DNA of 64,000 nucleotides from an uncultured Gemmatimonadales bacterium (GTDB lineage Bacteria; Gemmatimonadota; Gemmatimonadetes; Gemmatimonadales; Gemmatimonadaceae): positions 711,091 to 775,090 of the forward strand of contig CAWKNZ010000007.1 of assembly GCA_963851265.1 (NCBI GenBank). The letters run 5' to 3'. This document shows, piece after piece, positions 27,580-37,156 of the stretch. A program made the translations under genes and the position numbers. Position 1 is the first letter of the stretch. The number at the start of each line of letters is the position of its first letter. Under the pieces are notes generated by a model, which was not told the origin of the DNA, ran no database searches, and worked only from the letters and a program-made list of their open reading frames with translations.

Positions 27580-28869
27580 TCACCCCGCCGCGACGAACAG
27601 CTCCCAAAGATACCGCGCATTCAGCACCTGCCGCGGCGGCACGAAATCCCCGGCCACCCCGACGAGCAGGTCCGCCATGTCGCGCCGCCGCGAGAGCACC
27701 CGCGCCGCGCGGTTGATGAACGCCGGCCGCGCCACCGAGAGCGCGATGATGCGCTCCACGCGCCACTTGCCGCGGAACGCCCGACGGCGCGCGCCGTCGT
27801 AGGCCGCGAGCGCGCGGTCGGCCGCCTCCGCGTCCGCGCCGCGCCCGGTGCCTAACAGACGCGCCGCCTCGACCGCGTAGGGGCCCAACAGCTCGCCGCC
27901 GCGCAGCGCGGAGTAGACCCCCTCGCCGGTGAACGGGTCGAAGAACTCCGCCGCGTCGCCGACGAGCGCCGCGCCCGGCGCCCACGCCCGCCGCGCGTAC
28001 GACGCGAACGGCCCCGTGCACCGCACCGGCCCCGCGCGCTCCGCCCGCGCGAAGCGCGGCCCGAGCTGCGGCGCGCGCGCGAGCCAGGCGTCGAAGTACG
28101 CCGCCGGCGATCCGTAGCGCGCCAGCCCGCGCCGCGCGACGTCCGCGGGCGCGACCATCGACACGTTGGTCAGCCCGTGCCCCACGTCCGCGATCCCCAC
28201 GTAGCTGCCGTCCGCCTCGACGTGCATCTCGCCCATCGCCCGCCCCGGGCCCGCGCCGTCGGCCGGCGGCAGCCCGCGCACGTGGCACATGAAGGCGACG
28301 CGCCTCGGCCACGGCCAGCGCCGCGTGAGCGCGAGGCGCCGGCCCACCACCGACCGCAGCCCGTCGGCCCCGATCACGAGCGGCGCCCGGAGCGTGCGCG
28401 CCGCGCCGGCCGCGTCGTGCACCACGATCCCGGCCGCGCGCCCGCGCCCGTCGCGCAGCACGTCGACCGTCTTCGCCCGCTCCTCGACGCGCGCGCCGGC
28501 CCCGCGCGCCGCGTCGAGCAGCAGCAGGTCGAGCACGCGCCGCCGCAGGGCGAGTCCGCGGTCGCGAAACCCCCGGAACCCGTGCCCCGCGGCGAAGTGC
28601 CCGCTGATCACGTCTCCACTCGGGGCCCGCACGAGCATCCCGTCGAGCTGCGCCGCGCCGGCCGCCTCCGCCTTGGCCAACACGCCCATCAACTCCAGCA
28701 GTCGCGACGCCTCGGGGCTCAGGTACTCCGCGCACGTCTTGTCGCGCGGAAATCGCGCCCGGTCGACCACGAGCACGTCGACCCCTTCACTGGCCAGTTG
28801 CCACGCGGTCGACGCACCCGCGGGGCCACCACCTACCACGAGCACTTCGGCGTCGAATCGGGTCATCAA
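27580..28869 (-). CDS. FAD-dependent oxidoreductase (geranylgeranyl reductase/aromatic hydroxylase-like)
   Basis: VVGGGPAG, FPRDKTCAE, GADG and GDAAEFFDPFTGEG motifs. Confidence 0.88.
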   Translation of the reverse strand: MMTRFDAEVLVVGGGPAGASTAWQLASEGVDVLVVDRARFPRDKTCAEYLSPEASRLLELMGVLAKAEAAGAAQLDGMLVRAPSGDVISGHFAAGHGFRGFRDRGLALRRRVLDLLLLDAARGAGARVEERAKTVDVLRDGRGRAAGIVVHDAAGAARTLRAPLVIGADGLRSVVGRRLALTRRWPWPRRVAFMCHVRGLPPADGAGPGRAMGEMHVEADGSYVGIADVGHGLTNVSMVAPADVARRGLARYGSPAAYFDAWLARAPQLGPRFARAERAGPVRCTGPFASYARRAWAPGAALVGDAAEFFDPFTGEGVYSALRGGELLGPYAVEAARLLGTGRGADAEAADRALAAYDGARRRAFRGKWRVERIIALSVARPAFINRAARVLSRRRDMADLLVGVAGDFVPPRQVLNARYLWELFVAAG

Positions 28870-28974
28870 CAGGGGACGGGAGACACGGCACTAACGCACG
28901 AGCGCGGTTGCAGGTTGCGTGCGACGCGGGCGTGGAGCGCCCGAGCAGCGCGGCCGGCGCGCGCCGCGCGCAAG

Positions 28975-29832
28975 CTAGGCGGTGGGTCGCGGCGGAGCGG
29001 CCGACGCGCCGGCCGCTGCCCCGACCGCGGCACCGACCAGCGTGCAGAGCACGTTCACCCAGTCGTTGTCCAGCGCGCGCGTCCCGCCGACGACGCGCGT
29101 CGGCCGCCCGCACCGCGCGTGTACGGGCTGCTCGGTGGCCTCGCCACACGCGTCGCACCAGCGCCGCTCCTGCACCGTCGCGCCGAACACCGTATCGGCC
29201 GCCGCGCCGGCCACCCCGCCCGCGAGCGCGCCGGCGGCCGCCGCCCGCCCGAGCCCCGCGGCGAGCGCGAGCCCCGCGATCGCCGCCGCGCCCGCGACGA
29301 GCCCGAGCGTCCCCTCGGCCGTGACCGCGCCGGACGTCCCCGTCGGGACGGCGCGCCACCCGCGCACCAGCCGCGGCGTTCCCCCCACGGCCGTCCCGAC
29401 CTCGGTGGCCCACGTGTCGGCCGCGGCCGCGCCTAACGCGCCGGCGGCGGCGCCGGCGAACGCCGCCGCGCCGCGCGCGCCCGCGAGCGCCCCCGCCACC
29501 GCCGCCGCCGCGAACACGCCCCCGTTCGCGAACACCTGCGCCGCGTCGCGCGCGCCACCCTTGTCCACCACCGCGCCCGTGCGCCGCGCCTTCTCCGCGC
29601 GCCGCCAGCGCGAGAGCGCCGTTGACGACCCGAAGAACCCGATCAGCAGGACGCCCCACCCCGAGCCGGCACCGATCGCGGCCGTGCCCACCGCGACCGC
29701 CGCCCGCGCCCCGCCGGGCGCGAGCGACCCGCTCCGCCGCGCCGCGGCCGCGATTCCGGACGCGACGGCGAACCCCGCCACCGTCCGCGCGACGCTCGGG
29801 GGCGGGAAGGGGGGCGCTACAGACCGGGACAC
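28975..29832 (-). CDS. DUF92 (TMEM19-like) membrane protein
   Basis: RDAAQVFANG, ADTWATEVG, GTSGAVT, GATVQ and NDWVN motifs; start approximate. Confidence 0.85.
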   Translation of the reverse strand: MSRSVAPPFPPPSVARTVAGFAVASGIAAAARRSGSLAPGGARAAVAVGTAAIGAGSGWGVLLIGFFGSSTALSRWRRAEKARRTGAVVDKGGARDAAQVFANGGVFAAAAVAGALAGARGAAAFAGAAAGALGAAAADTWATEVGTAVGGTPRLVRGWRAVPTGTSGAVTAEGTLGLVAGAAAIAGLALAAGLGRAAAAGALAGGVAGAAADTVFGATVQERRWCDACGEATEQPVHARCGRPTRVVGGTRALDNDWVNVLCTLVGAAVGAAAGASAAPPRPTA

Positions 29833-30015
29833 GCGGCGGGGAGGCACGCGCGTAAGCACGGGCGCCGCGGGCCGCCGCGCAAGCGTACCGCTCGCTTGCC
29901 GCCGCGGGTTCGGTGGCGTACGCTTCACGCCCCGCGCTTCGGTCTTCGTTCGCGGGACCTGCTGCACCCGGGCGCGAGTCGCCCCGGGCCCCCTCTGCCC
30001 GCCCGCGATCCCGCG

Positions 30016-30630
30016 ATGGCCGCCACGGTCGACGCCCTCCTTCCCCTCTCGTTCCTCGAAGCCGTCCGCGCCGCCGACCGGCCGGACGGCGACCTCGACG
30101 CCGAGTTCGTGGCCGAGCTGCGCAACAAGCGCCTCGGCCTGAGCGACACGGTCCAGGCGCAGATTCGCCGCTACGGGGAGGCGCGCCGACGACACCAGCG
30201 CGCCGGCGCCGACGAGGTCGGCGCGCTCGCCCGCCTCATCGGCCGCCGTCCGGACGCGGAGGTCGTGTTTCGCTCGGCGGGCCGCTGGTGGGCCGAGGGC
30301 GCGTACGCGGCGCTGCCGCGCACGACGCGCCGCGCGGTACGCGCGCTGCCGGGGCTCGTCGCGCGACCCGTCGCCCTGCGGCAGGTGCGGCAGCTCGCGC
30401 GGCGCTACTTCGGCGGCACCGTCCGCCGCGTCGGCGGGTCGCTCGTGCTCGAGGTGCCCGCGCCGCTCACGCAGGGCGTCGCCGCGACGCAGGCCGGCTG
30501 CGCCTACTACGAGACCGGGTTCCGCGAACTGCTCCGGCTCCTCGTGGCCGCGGGCGGGCGCGTGGAGCACGTGCGCTGCGCGGCGCGCGGCGAGGGCGGC
30601 TGCCAGTGGCGCGCCGACTGGCGCGCCTAA
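30016..30630 (+). CDS. Hypothetical protein with a V4R-like C-terminus
   Basis: GCAYY...EHVRCAARGEGGCQW pattern. Confidence 0.65.
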   Translation: MAATVDALLPLSFLEAVRAADRPDGDLDAEFVAELRNKRLGLSDTVQAQIRRYGEARRRHQRAGADEVGALARLIGRRPDAEVVFRSAGRWWAEGAYAALPRTTRRAVRALPGLVARPVALRQVRQLARRYFGGTVRRVGGSLVLEVPAPLTQGVAATQAGCAYYETGFRELLRLLVAAGGRVEHVRCAARGEGGCQWRADWRA

Positions 30631-30644
30631 CGGAACCCGCCCCG

Positions 30645-31841
30645 ATGCTCACGCCCGAGTCCCTGCCGCGTTTCCAGACGGCGATCGCCGAGGCCGGCCT
30701 CGACGGCTGGCTCCTGTACGACTTCCGCGGCACCAACCCGATCGCCGCGGGGCTCGTCGGCCTCGACGGGATGGTCACCCGCCGCATCTTCGCGTGGATC
30801 CCGCGCGAGGGCACGCCGGTGGCGGTGACGCACGCCATCGAGCAGCGCCCGTGGGCGCACTGGCCGGCCGCGTGGCGCCGCGAGGTCTACAGCTCGTGGC
30901 GCGAGCTCGAGGGCACGCTCGGCGCGCTCGTGTCCGGGCGCCGCGTCGCGATGGAGTACTCGCCGGGCGACGCGGTGCCCTACGTGGACCGCGTGCCTGC
31001 GGGCGTGCTCGAGATGGTCCGCGCGTTGGGCGCGACCGTCGCCACCTCGGCCGATCTCGTGACGCGGCTCTACGCCGTCTGGACGGCCCCGCAGCTCGCC
31101 GCACACCGGCGCGCGGCCGAGCACGTCGCGGCCGTCGCGCATCAGGCCATCGCCGACGCCGGCGCGCGCCTGCGCGCGGGCGCGGCCGTGTACGAGCACG
31201 AGGTCGCCGCCGCGATCCGCGACGGCTTCGCGCGCGCGGGCCTCGAGACCGACGACGACCACGGCCCCATCGTCGCGCTCGGCGCCAATGCCGCCGACCC
31301 GCATTACGAGCCGTCGCCCGCGCGCCCCGTCGCGCTCGCGGCGGGGTCGCTCCTCCTCGTCGACCTGTGGGCGCGCGAGCCGGGCGTGGCCGGCGGGGCG
31401 CCCTACGCCGACCAGACGTGGATGGGCGCGCTCGGCGCGCCGACCGCCCGCGCCGTCGAGGTGTGGGAGGCGGTGCGCGACGCGCGCGACGCCGCGGTGG
31501 CCCTGCTGGCCGATCGCGTGCGCGGCGGAACCTCCGTGCGCGGCGCGGAGGCCGACGACGCGGCGCGCGCGGTGATCACGGCGCGCGGCTTCGGCCCCTA
31601 CTTCACCCACCGCACCGGCCACTCGATCGACGCGCGGGAGCTGCACGGTGCGGGGCCGCACCTCGACAACCTCGAGACGCGCGAGGAGCGCGCGCTCGTG
31701 CCCGGGGTGGGCTTCTCGGTCGAGCCCGGGGTCTACGTGCCGGGCGAGATCGGCGTCCGCTCCGAGGTCAACGCCTACGTCGGGGCCGGGGAACTGGTCG
31801 TCACGCCGTCGGCGCCGCAGCGCGAGCTGATCGTCGTCTGA
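30645..31841 (+). CDS. M24 family Xaa-Pro aminopeptidase
   Basis: DPHY, LVDLWA, YADQT, HRTGHS, SVEPG and RSE metal-ligand motifs. Confidence 0.9.
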   Translation: MLTPESLPRFQTAIAEAGLDGWLLYDFRGTNPIAAGLVGLDGMVTRRIFAWIPREGTPVAVTHAIEQRPWAHWPAAWRREVYSSWRELEGTLGALVSGRRVAMEYSPGDAVPYVDRVPAGVLEMVRALGATVATSADLVTRLYAVWTAPQLAAHRRAAEHVAAVAHQAIADAGARLRAGAAVYEHEVAAAIRDGFARAGLETDDDHGPIVALGANAADPHYEPSPARPVALAAGSLLLVDLWAREPGVAGGAPYADQTWMGALGAPTARAVEVWEAVRDARDAAVALLADRVRGGTSVRGAEADDAARAVITARGFGPYFTHRTGHSIDARELHGAGPHLDNLETREERALVPGVGFSVEPGVYVPGEIGVRSEVNAYVGAGELVVTPSAPQRELIVV

Positions 31842-31920
31842 CGCCGGCCGGACGCCCCTGGTCCGGCCGGCGTGCCGTTAGGCGCGCACGCGCGCACCGC
31901 GGCTCACCGCCCGCGGTACC

Positions 31921-32295
31921 TCAGCGCGCGTAGTACGCCCGGATGCACTCGGTGATCAGCCGTTCGCGGAAGTGCGTCGCCTCGAGCCGCCGCTCGGGCA
32001 CGTTCAGCTCCGGGAGCGACGCGAGCAGATCCTTGAATGCGACGATCACCTGCTCCGCGCGCAGCGCGCGGTCGCGCGCTTCGGCCACCGCCTCGTCGAG
32101 CGCGCGCGTCAGCGCGGCGCTCACCGGGGGCGCCTGCGGCCCGTCCGCCGGCCGGCGCCACAGCGCCGGGTCGTTCCACACCTGCAGCACGGCGTCGGCG
32201 AGCAGCGCGCGCGTCGGCTCGGAGATCGTGCGCGGCTCCGGTGTCGAGCGCGAATCGAAGCCCATCATGACGGCGCGGCGCGGCGGGAAAGACAT
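31921..32295 (-). CDS. Small helical hypothetical protein
   Basis: EARDRALRAEQVIVAFK...RERLITECIRAYY. Confidence 0.65.
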   Translation of the reverse strand: MSFPPRRAVMMGFDSRSTPEPRTISEPTRALLADAVLQVWNDPALWRRPADGPQAPPVSAALTRALDEAVAEARDRALRAEQVIVAFKDLLASLPELNVPERRLEATHFRERLITECIRAYYAR

Positions 32296-32459
32296 GGGGG
32301 GGGTCGAGCAGGGCGGGCCGATCACGATACGCCCGCGGCGGGCGGACGCCGAGGTAGCAGATCTGCTCCTCGCGTCGAGGGCGCGCACGGGTGCGCGCCG
32401 CGAATGAAACACCCGCGACGCGCGATGCGGCTCCACACCTCAGAGCCGGGTGAACATAC

Positions 32460-32478
32460 ACGCGTGAATTTCACGCGT
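32460..32478. promoter_or_regulatory. Perfect 9-1-9 palindrome in a divergent intergenic region; candidate transcription-factor operator
   Basis: acgcgtgaa-t-ttcacgcgt in a locally AT-richer spacer. Confidence 0.4.
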
Positions 32479-32668
32479 CAAAGCCCGCGACGCCGAGAAG
32501 TTTGAGTCAGACACGATCGCGACGTGACCGGCATCGCCACGATTCGCGGGTCTGCGGATTGCAGCGGGGCGCCCGCTACGTCCGCACCCCACCACGCACC
32601 GTCGTTGCCGGGCACCGCCGTGCGCCGGGCTTCCTGACCGTCACGCGCGCTGCCACGCACCCCGACGT

Positions 32669-33049
32669 ATGCCGCAACCCGCGAGGTCCTCACCGAAAAC
32701 ACAGGTCCTGATCCTGGCGCGCGAGAGCGTGATCGCGGCACTCATCGGGCTCCTCCTCGAGTTGGACGAGTACGACCCCGTGTTCGCCGAACCCGACGAG
32801 CGCTACGACGACGCGATCCGCCGCGTGCGCGCGCCGTTCGTCGTCATTCTCGACGGCGAGAGCCAGGAGGCCCGCTCCGACCTCTTCCACGCGCGGACCG
32901 CCCAGACGGGCGCGCGCGTCGTCCTGTTCAGCGAACCCGTCGCCGCCACAGAGGTACGCCTCGCCGCGCGGGAACGCCGACTGCCGTTCTTCGCGATGCC
33001 CGTCGACCGCGCCACGCTCGGCTCCGTCCTCCGCGAGGCGGTCGGGTGA
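32669..33049 (+). CDS. Receiver (CheY-like) fold protein, degenerate
   Basis: VLIL...VVILD...VVLFS...FAMPVD pattern matches receiver topology. Confidence 0.55.
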   Translation: MPQPARSSPKTQVLILARESVIAALIGLLLELDEYDPVFAEPDERYDDAIRRVRAPFVVILDGESQEARSDLFHARTAQTGARVVLFSEPVAATEVRLAARERRLPFFAMPVDRATLGSVLREAVG

Positions 33050-33945
33050 CCCGACACCCGCAGCCGCTCGGGCCACACGACGTGCCACTCCGTTCGTCTG
33101 CAGCGCGCGTCGCGCCCGTCGTCGTCCTGCTGTTGACGGCCTGCACGCGCGGCGAGTCGCGGCCGGCCCACGCCGACACCACGGCCGCGGCACGCGACGC
33201 CACGCACGCCGGTGCCGTGCCGCGCGACGTCACCCTCCCCGGGCTCACCGCCACGCAACCGGCGTACGCCGTCCGCCCGGCGGCCGACGCCGGCACCGTG
33301 ACGGGCACCGTCCAACTCGACGGCCCCGCGCCGCCCGACACGACCGTCGCGCCCGGCCCGGACGACGTGCGCACCTGCGGACGGTCACTCTCCATTCCCG
33401 CGATCGACGCACGCGGCGGCGGCGTGGCGGGCGTCGTCGTGTGGCTCGTCGGCGTCGGCGCGGGCAAGCCGCTCCCCGACGTGCGTCGCGCAGAGCTCGC
33501 CCTCGACGGCTGTCGGCTGCAGCCGCACATCGTCGCCGCGGTCGCCGGCGGCGCGCTCAACGTGCACGGCGTCGACGAGCTCGACGCGCGCCTCCGGTTC
33601 ACGCGCGTCGAGGGCGGCACCGCGGGCGACCGCCCCGGCACCGTGCTGCTGGAGGTGACCACCACCGACGCCGGGCAGGTGGTGCCGAGCGAACGCGTGG
33701 TCGCCGCGCCCGGTACCGTCGAGGCGCGCGGCGAGCTGCAGCCGTGGCTGCGCGCGTGGGTGCTCGCCTTCGACCACCCGTACTTCGCGACCACCGACGC
33801 GCGCGGCGCCTTCACCCTCGACGGTGTGCCGCCCGGCACCTACCAGCTCGTCGCGTGGCACGACCGGCTCGGCCGGGCGGTGCAGAGCGTGACCATCGTC
33901 CCGGGCGCGACCCAGACCGTCAGCGTCCGGATGGCGGCGAAGTAG
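33046..33945 (+). CDS. Lipoprotein with a carboxypeptidase-regulatory-like (transthyretin-like) domain
   Basis: LLTAC lipobox; GCRLQPH and HPYFATTD...F...VPPGTY...AWH motifs. Confidence 0.75.
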   Translation: MTRHPQPLGPHDVPLRSSAARVAPVVVLLLTACTRGESRPAHADTTAAARDATHAGAVPRDVTLPGLTATQPAYAVRPAADAGTVTGTVQLDGPAPPDTTVAPGPDDVRTCGRSLSIPAIDARGGGVAGVVVWLVGVGAGKPLPDVRRAELALDGCRLQPHIVAAVAGGALNVHGVDELDARLRFTRVEGGTAGDRPGTVLLEVTTTDAGQVVPSERVVAAPGTVEARGELQPWLRAWVLAFDHPYFATTDARGAFTLDGVPPGTYQLVAWHDRLGRAVQSVTIVPGATQTVSVRMAAK

Positions 33946-33966
33946 CGCCTCCGCGCGCGGGCGCGG

Positions 33967-35787
33967 TCACGCCGCGGCGGCGACCTCCTCCTCCCGGAAC
34001 TGCCCCCGGTACAGCCGGGCGTACAGCCCGCCGCGCGCGAGCAGCTCCGCGTGCGTCCCCTCTTCCACCACGCGACCGGCGTCGAGCACCACCACCCGGT
34101 CCGCCCGGCGCACCGTCGACAGCCGGTGGGCGATGATGAGCGTGGTCCGCCCGTCGAGCAACTCCGCGAGCGCTTCCTCGACCAGCCGCTCGCTCTCCGT
34201 GTCGAGCGACGACGTCGCCTCGTCGAGCACCACCACCGCCGGGTCCTTGAGGAACACGCGCGCGATCGCGATCCGCTGCCGCTGGCCGCCCGACAGCTTC
34301 ACGCCGCGCTCGCCCACCGGCGTGTCGTAGCCCTGCGGCAGCTGCCGCACGAACTCGTCCGCGTGCGCCGCGCGCGCCGCCGCGATCACCTCGTCCATCG
34401 ACGCGCCCGGCCGCGCGAGCGCGATGTTCTCGCGCACCGTGCCGCTGAACAGCGCCGGCTCCTGCGGGACGACGCCCACCGCGCCGCGCAGCTCGCCTAA
34501 CGCGACGTCGCGCACGTCCACCCCGTCTAACACCACGCGCCCGCCGGTCACGTCCCAGAAGCGCGGCAGGAGCGACCCGATGGTCGTCTTGCCCGCGCCC
34601 GAGCGCCCCACCAGCGCGACGACCTCGCCCGGCGCGGCGCGCAGGGTCACGCCGTGCAGCACGTCGGGCAGGTCGGGCGCGTAGCGGAAATGCACGCCCT
34701 CGAAGGCCACCGCCCCGCGCCGCCCGCGCTGCGCCGTCGGCAGCGGCACGGGCCGCTCCGGCTCCGCCACGGTCGGCCGCTCGTTCAGCAGCTCGAACAC
34801 GCGCTGCGCCGCGCCGATGGCTTCCTGATAGCTGCCGAACAGCGACGCCAGCGACCCCACGGCCGCGGCGATGAAGAACGCGTAGAAGAGGAACGAGACG
34901 AGCGCGCCCGCGGTGAGCGACCCGTCGAGCACGCGCCGACCGCCCTCCCAGAGCACCGCGGCCACGCCGGCGAAGGCGACGAACCCGACGATCCCGAAGA
35001 ACGCCGCGCGCACCTGCACCCGCGCCAGCGCCGCGCGCACGACGCCGCTCAGGAGCGCGTCGTACCGCCGCACCTCTTCCGCCTCGCGCACGAAGCTCTG
35101 CACCGTGCGGATCTGCGAGAACGCCTCGTCCGCGAGCGCGCCCGCGTCGGCCAGGCGGTCCTGCACCCCCGCGCTCGCCTTGCGCAGCGCGCGGCCGCAC
35201 ACGACCGCGACGGCGACCACGACGGGCGCCACGGCGAGCGTCGTCAGCGTCAGGTGCGGGTCGGTCTGCGTCAGCAGCACCGCCCCGCCCACCAGGAAGA
35301 GCACCTGCCGCGCGAACTCCGACACCCACGTGTTCATGAGCGATTGCAGCGACGTGAGGTCGGCGGAGAGCCGGCTCGTCAGCTCGCCGGTGCGCCGCTC
35401 GGTGTAGAAGGCCGGCGACAGCCGCACGAGGTGCGCGAACAGCGCCCCGCGCAGCTCCGCGAGCACCCGCTCGGCCGTGCCGCTCAGCAGCAGCACCTGC
35501 ACGTAGTTGCACACGCCCTGGACGGCGAACACCACCACGAGGCCCAACGCCATCCGGTCGAGCAGGGACCGGTCGCGCGCGACGAACGCCGCGTCCAGCA
35601 GCCAGCGCACCACGGCCGGGAAGGCGAGCCCCGCCCCAGCAGCGACGACCAGGCAGACGAGCGCGACGACCAGGCGCCCGGTGTACGGGCGCAGGAGGGG
35701 CAGGAGCCGCGCGAGCGGGCGTGGCGAGACCGCGCGGCGCTTGGGAGCGGGAGCCGGAGGGAGGGCGGGGATGGCAGTGTCGGTCAT
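33967..35787 (-). CDS. ABC exporter, fused permease/ATPase (MsbA/ABCB-like)
   Basis: Six-TM domain; GRSGAGKT, LSGGQRQR, DEATSSLD and IAHRLST motifs. Confidence 0.92.
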   Translation of the reverse strand: MTDTAIPALPPAPAPKRRAVSPRPLARLLPLLRPYTGRLVVALVCLVVAAGAGLAFPAVVRWLLDAAFVARDRSLLDRMALGLVVVFAVQGVCNYVQVLLLSGTAERVLAELRGALFAHLVRLSPAFYTERRTGELTSRLSADLTSLQSLMNTWVSEFARQVLFLVGGAVLLTQTDPHLTLTTLAVAPVVVAVAVVCGRALRKASAGVQDRLADAGALADEAFSQIRTVQSFVREAEEVRRYDALLSGVVRAALARVQVRAAFFGIVGFVAFAGVAAVLWEGGRRVLDGSLTAGALVSFLFYAFFIAAAVGSLASLFGSYQEAIGAAQRVFELLNERPTVAEPERPVPLPTAQRGRRGAVAFEGVHFRYAPDLPDVLHGVTLRAAPGEVVALVGRSGAGKTTIGSLLPRFWDVTGGRVVLDGVDVRDVALGELRGAVGVVPQEPALFSGTVRENIALARPGASMDEVIAAARAAHADEFVRQLPQGYDTPVGERGVKLSGGQRQRIAIARVFLKDPAVVVLDEATSSLDTESERLVEEALAELLDGRTTLIIAHRLSTVRRADRVVVLDAGRVVEEGTHAELLARGGLYARLYRGQFREEEVAAAA

Positions 35788-35865
35788 GGCGCGCGACGGC
35801 CTAACGGAAGGTGAGTGGTCGGGGGCGGGGCGGGGCGGCGCGCCGCCGGGACGCCGGGCGCGCGC

Positions 35866-36129
35866 TCACACCCCCAGCCACCGCCGCACCGCGTACAGCT
35901 CCACCCCCACGCGCCGCCGCGCGCGCGCCACGCGCTCGATGCGCGCGAGCACCTCGGCGGGCGGCACGTCGTACGCCGTCGACGGCCCGAACGCGGGGTA
36001 CTCGTCGACCCGGACGAGCCCCCCGCGCGGTCGCGAGAGCTGGAGCACCGTCTCGGGTTCGTTCCCCGCGCCTTCCAGCTGCACGGCGAGCGATTCGGAG
36101 GCGTCGAGGGGGGTCGGGTCGTAGGGCAT
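35866..36129 (-). CDS. Hypothetical protein (87 aa)
   Basis: ATG at 36129 (MPYDP...ELYAVRRWLGV). Confidence 0.55.
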   Translation of the reverse strand: MPYDPTPLDASESLAVQLEGAGNEPETVLQLSRPRGGLVRVDEYPAFGPSTAYDVPPAEVLARIERVARARRRVGVELYAVRRWLGV

Positions 36130-36256
36130 GGGGCGGAGCGGTCGGGGAGGCGGCGTCGGACGTCTCGTGTGGTGTCGAGCGCGCGGCCTCATACACCGCG
36201 GGGCGGCGGCCGGAGCAGGCCACCGCCCCGCCGCCGCGCGGCCGCCGCGCGCGCCC

Positions 36257-37156
36257 TCAGACCGCCCGATCGACCGCCATCGCGACGAACAGCAACGCGA
36301 GATACAGCAGCGAGTACTTGTACGTCCACCACGCCCGCGGGCCCCACGGCTCGCCGCGCCGCGCGAGAGCACGCACCTGCAGCACCCCCCACAGCAGCAG
36401 CCCGCCGAGCACGAGGGCGCTCGCGAGGTAGACCATCCCGAACGCGCCGAAGCACACCGGCAGCACGGTGAGCGCGATCAGCACCACCGTGTACCACAGC
36501 ATCTGCGCCATCGTCTCGCGCTCGCCCCACACGAGCGGCGCCATCGGCACGCCCGCGCGGCCGTAGTCGTGCTGCTTCATGAGCGCGAGCGCCCAGAAGT
36601 GCGGCGGCGTCCAGTAGAACACGATGAGGAACAGGTACACGGCCGCGAGGTCCACACGCCCCGTCGCCGCCGCCCACCCGACGAGCGGCGGGAACGCGCC
36701 CGCCGCCCCGCCGATCACGATGTTGTGCGGGCTCGTCCGCTTGAGCCAGCGCGTGTAGATGAAGACGTAGAAGTAGAACCCCGCGAGCGCGAGCCCGGCG
36801 GTGAGCACGTTCACGACGTGCGCGAGCAGCCACGTCGCCGCGGTCGCGCACATCACGCCGAAGGCGAGCACCGCCTGCGGCGTCATGCGCCCGCTCGGGA
36901 TCGGGCGCAGCCGCGTGCGCGCCATCACGTCGTCGATGTCGCGGTCGAGGTACATGTTGACCGCGTTCGCGCCTCCGGCCATCAGGTAGCCGCCGAGCGT
37001 GACCGCGAGCAGCGTCGCCCACGACGGCCGCCCGGCCACGTACATCGGCGCGATCGTCGTGACGAGCAGCAGCGAGATGATCCGCGGCTTGGTGAGCGCG
37101 ACGAGGTCCTTCGCGAGCGGGACCTCGCGCGCCCGCGTGACGGCGATCCCGGTCAT
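36257..37156 (-). CDS. ctaB: Protoheme IX farnesyltransferase (heme o synthase)
   Basis: LTKPRI, NMYLDRDIDDVMARTRLRP, LKR, WTPPHF and DY motifs. Confidence 0.95.
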   Translation of the reverse strand: MTGIAVTRAREVPLAKDLVALTKPRIISLLLVTTIAPMYVAGRPSWATLLAVTLGGYLMAGGANAVNMYLDRDIDDVMARTRLRPIPSGRMTPQAVLAFGVMCATAATWLLAHVVNVLTAGLALAGFYFYVFIYTRWLKRTSPHNIVIGGAAGAFPPLVGWAAATGRVDLAAVYLFLIVFYWTPPHFWALALMKQHDYGRAGVPMAPLVWGERETMAQMLWYTVVLIALTVLPVCFGAFGMVYLASALVLGGLLLWGVLQVRALARRGEPWGPRAWWTYKYSLLYLALLFVAMAVDRAV

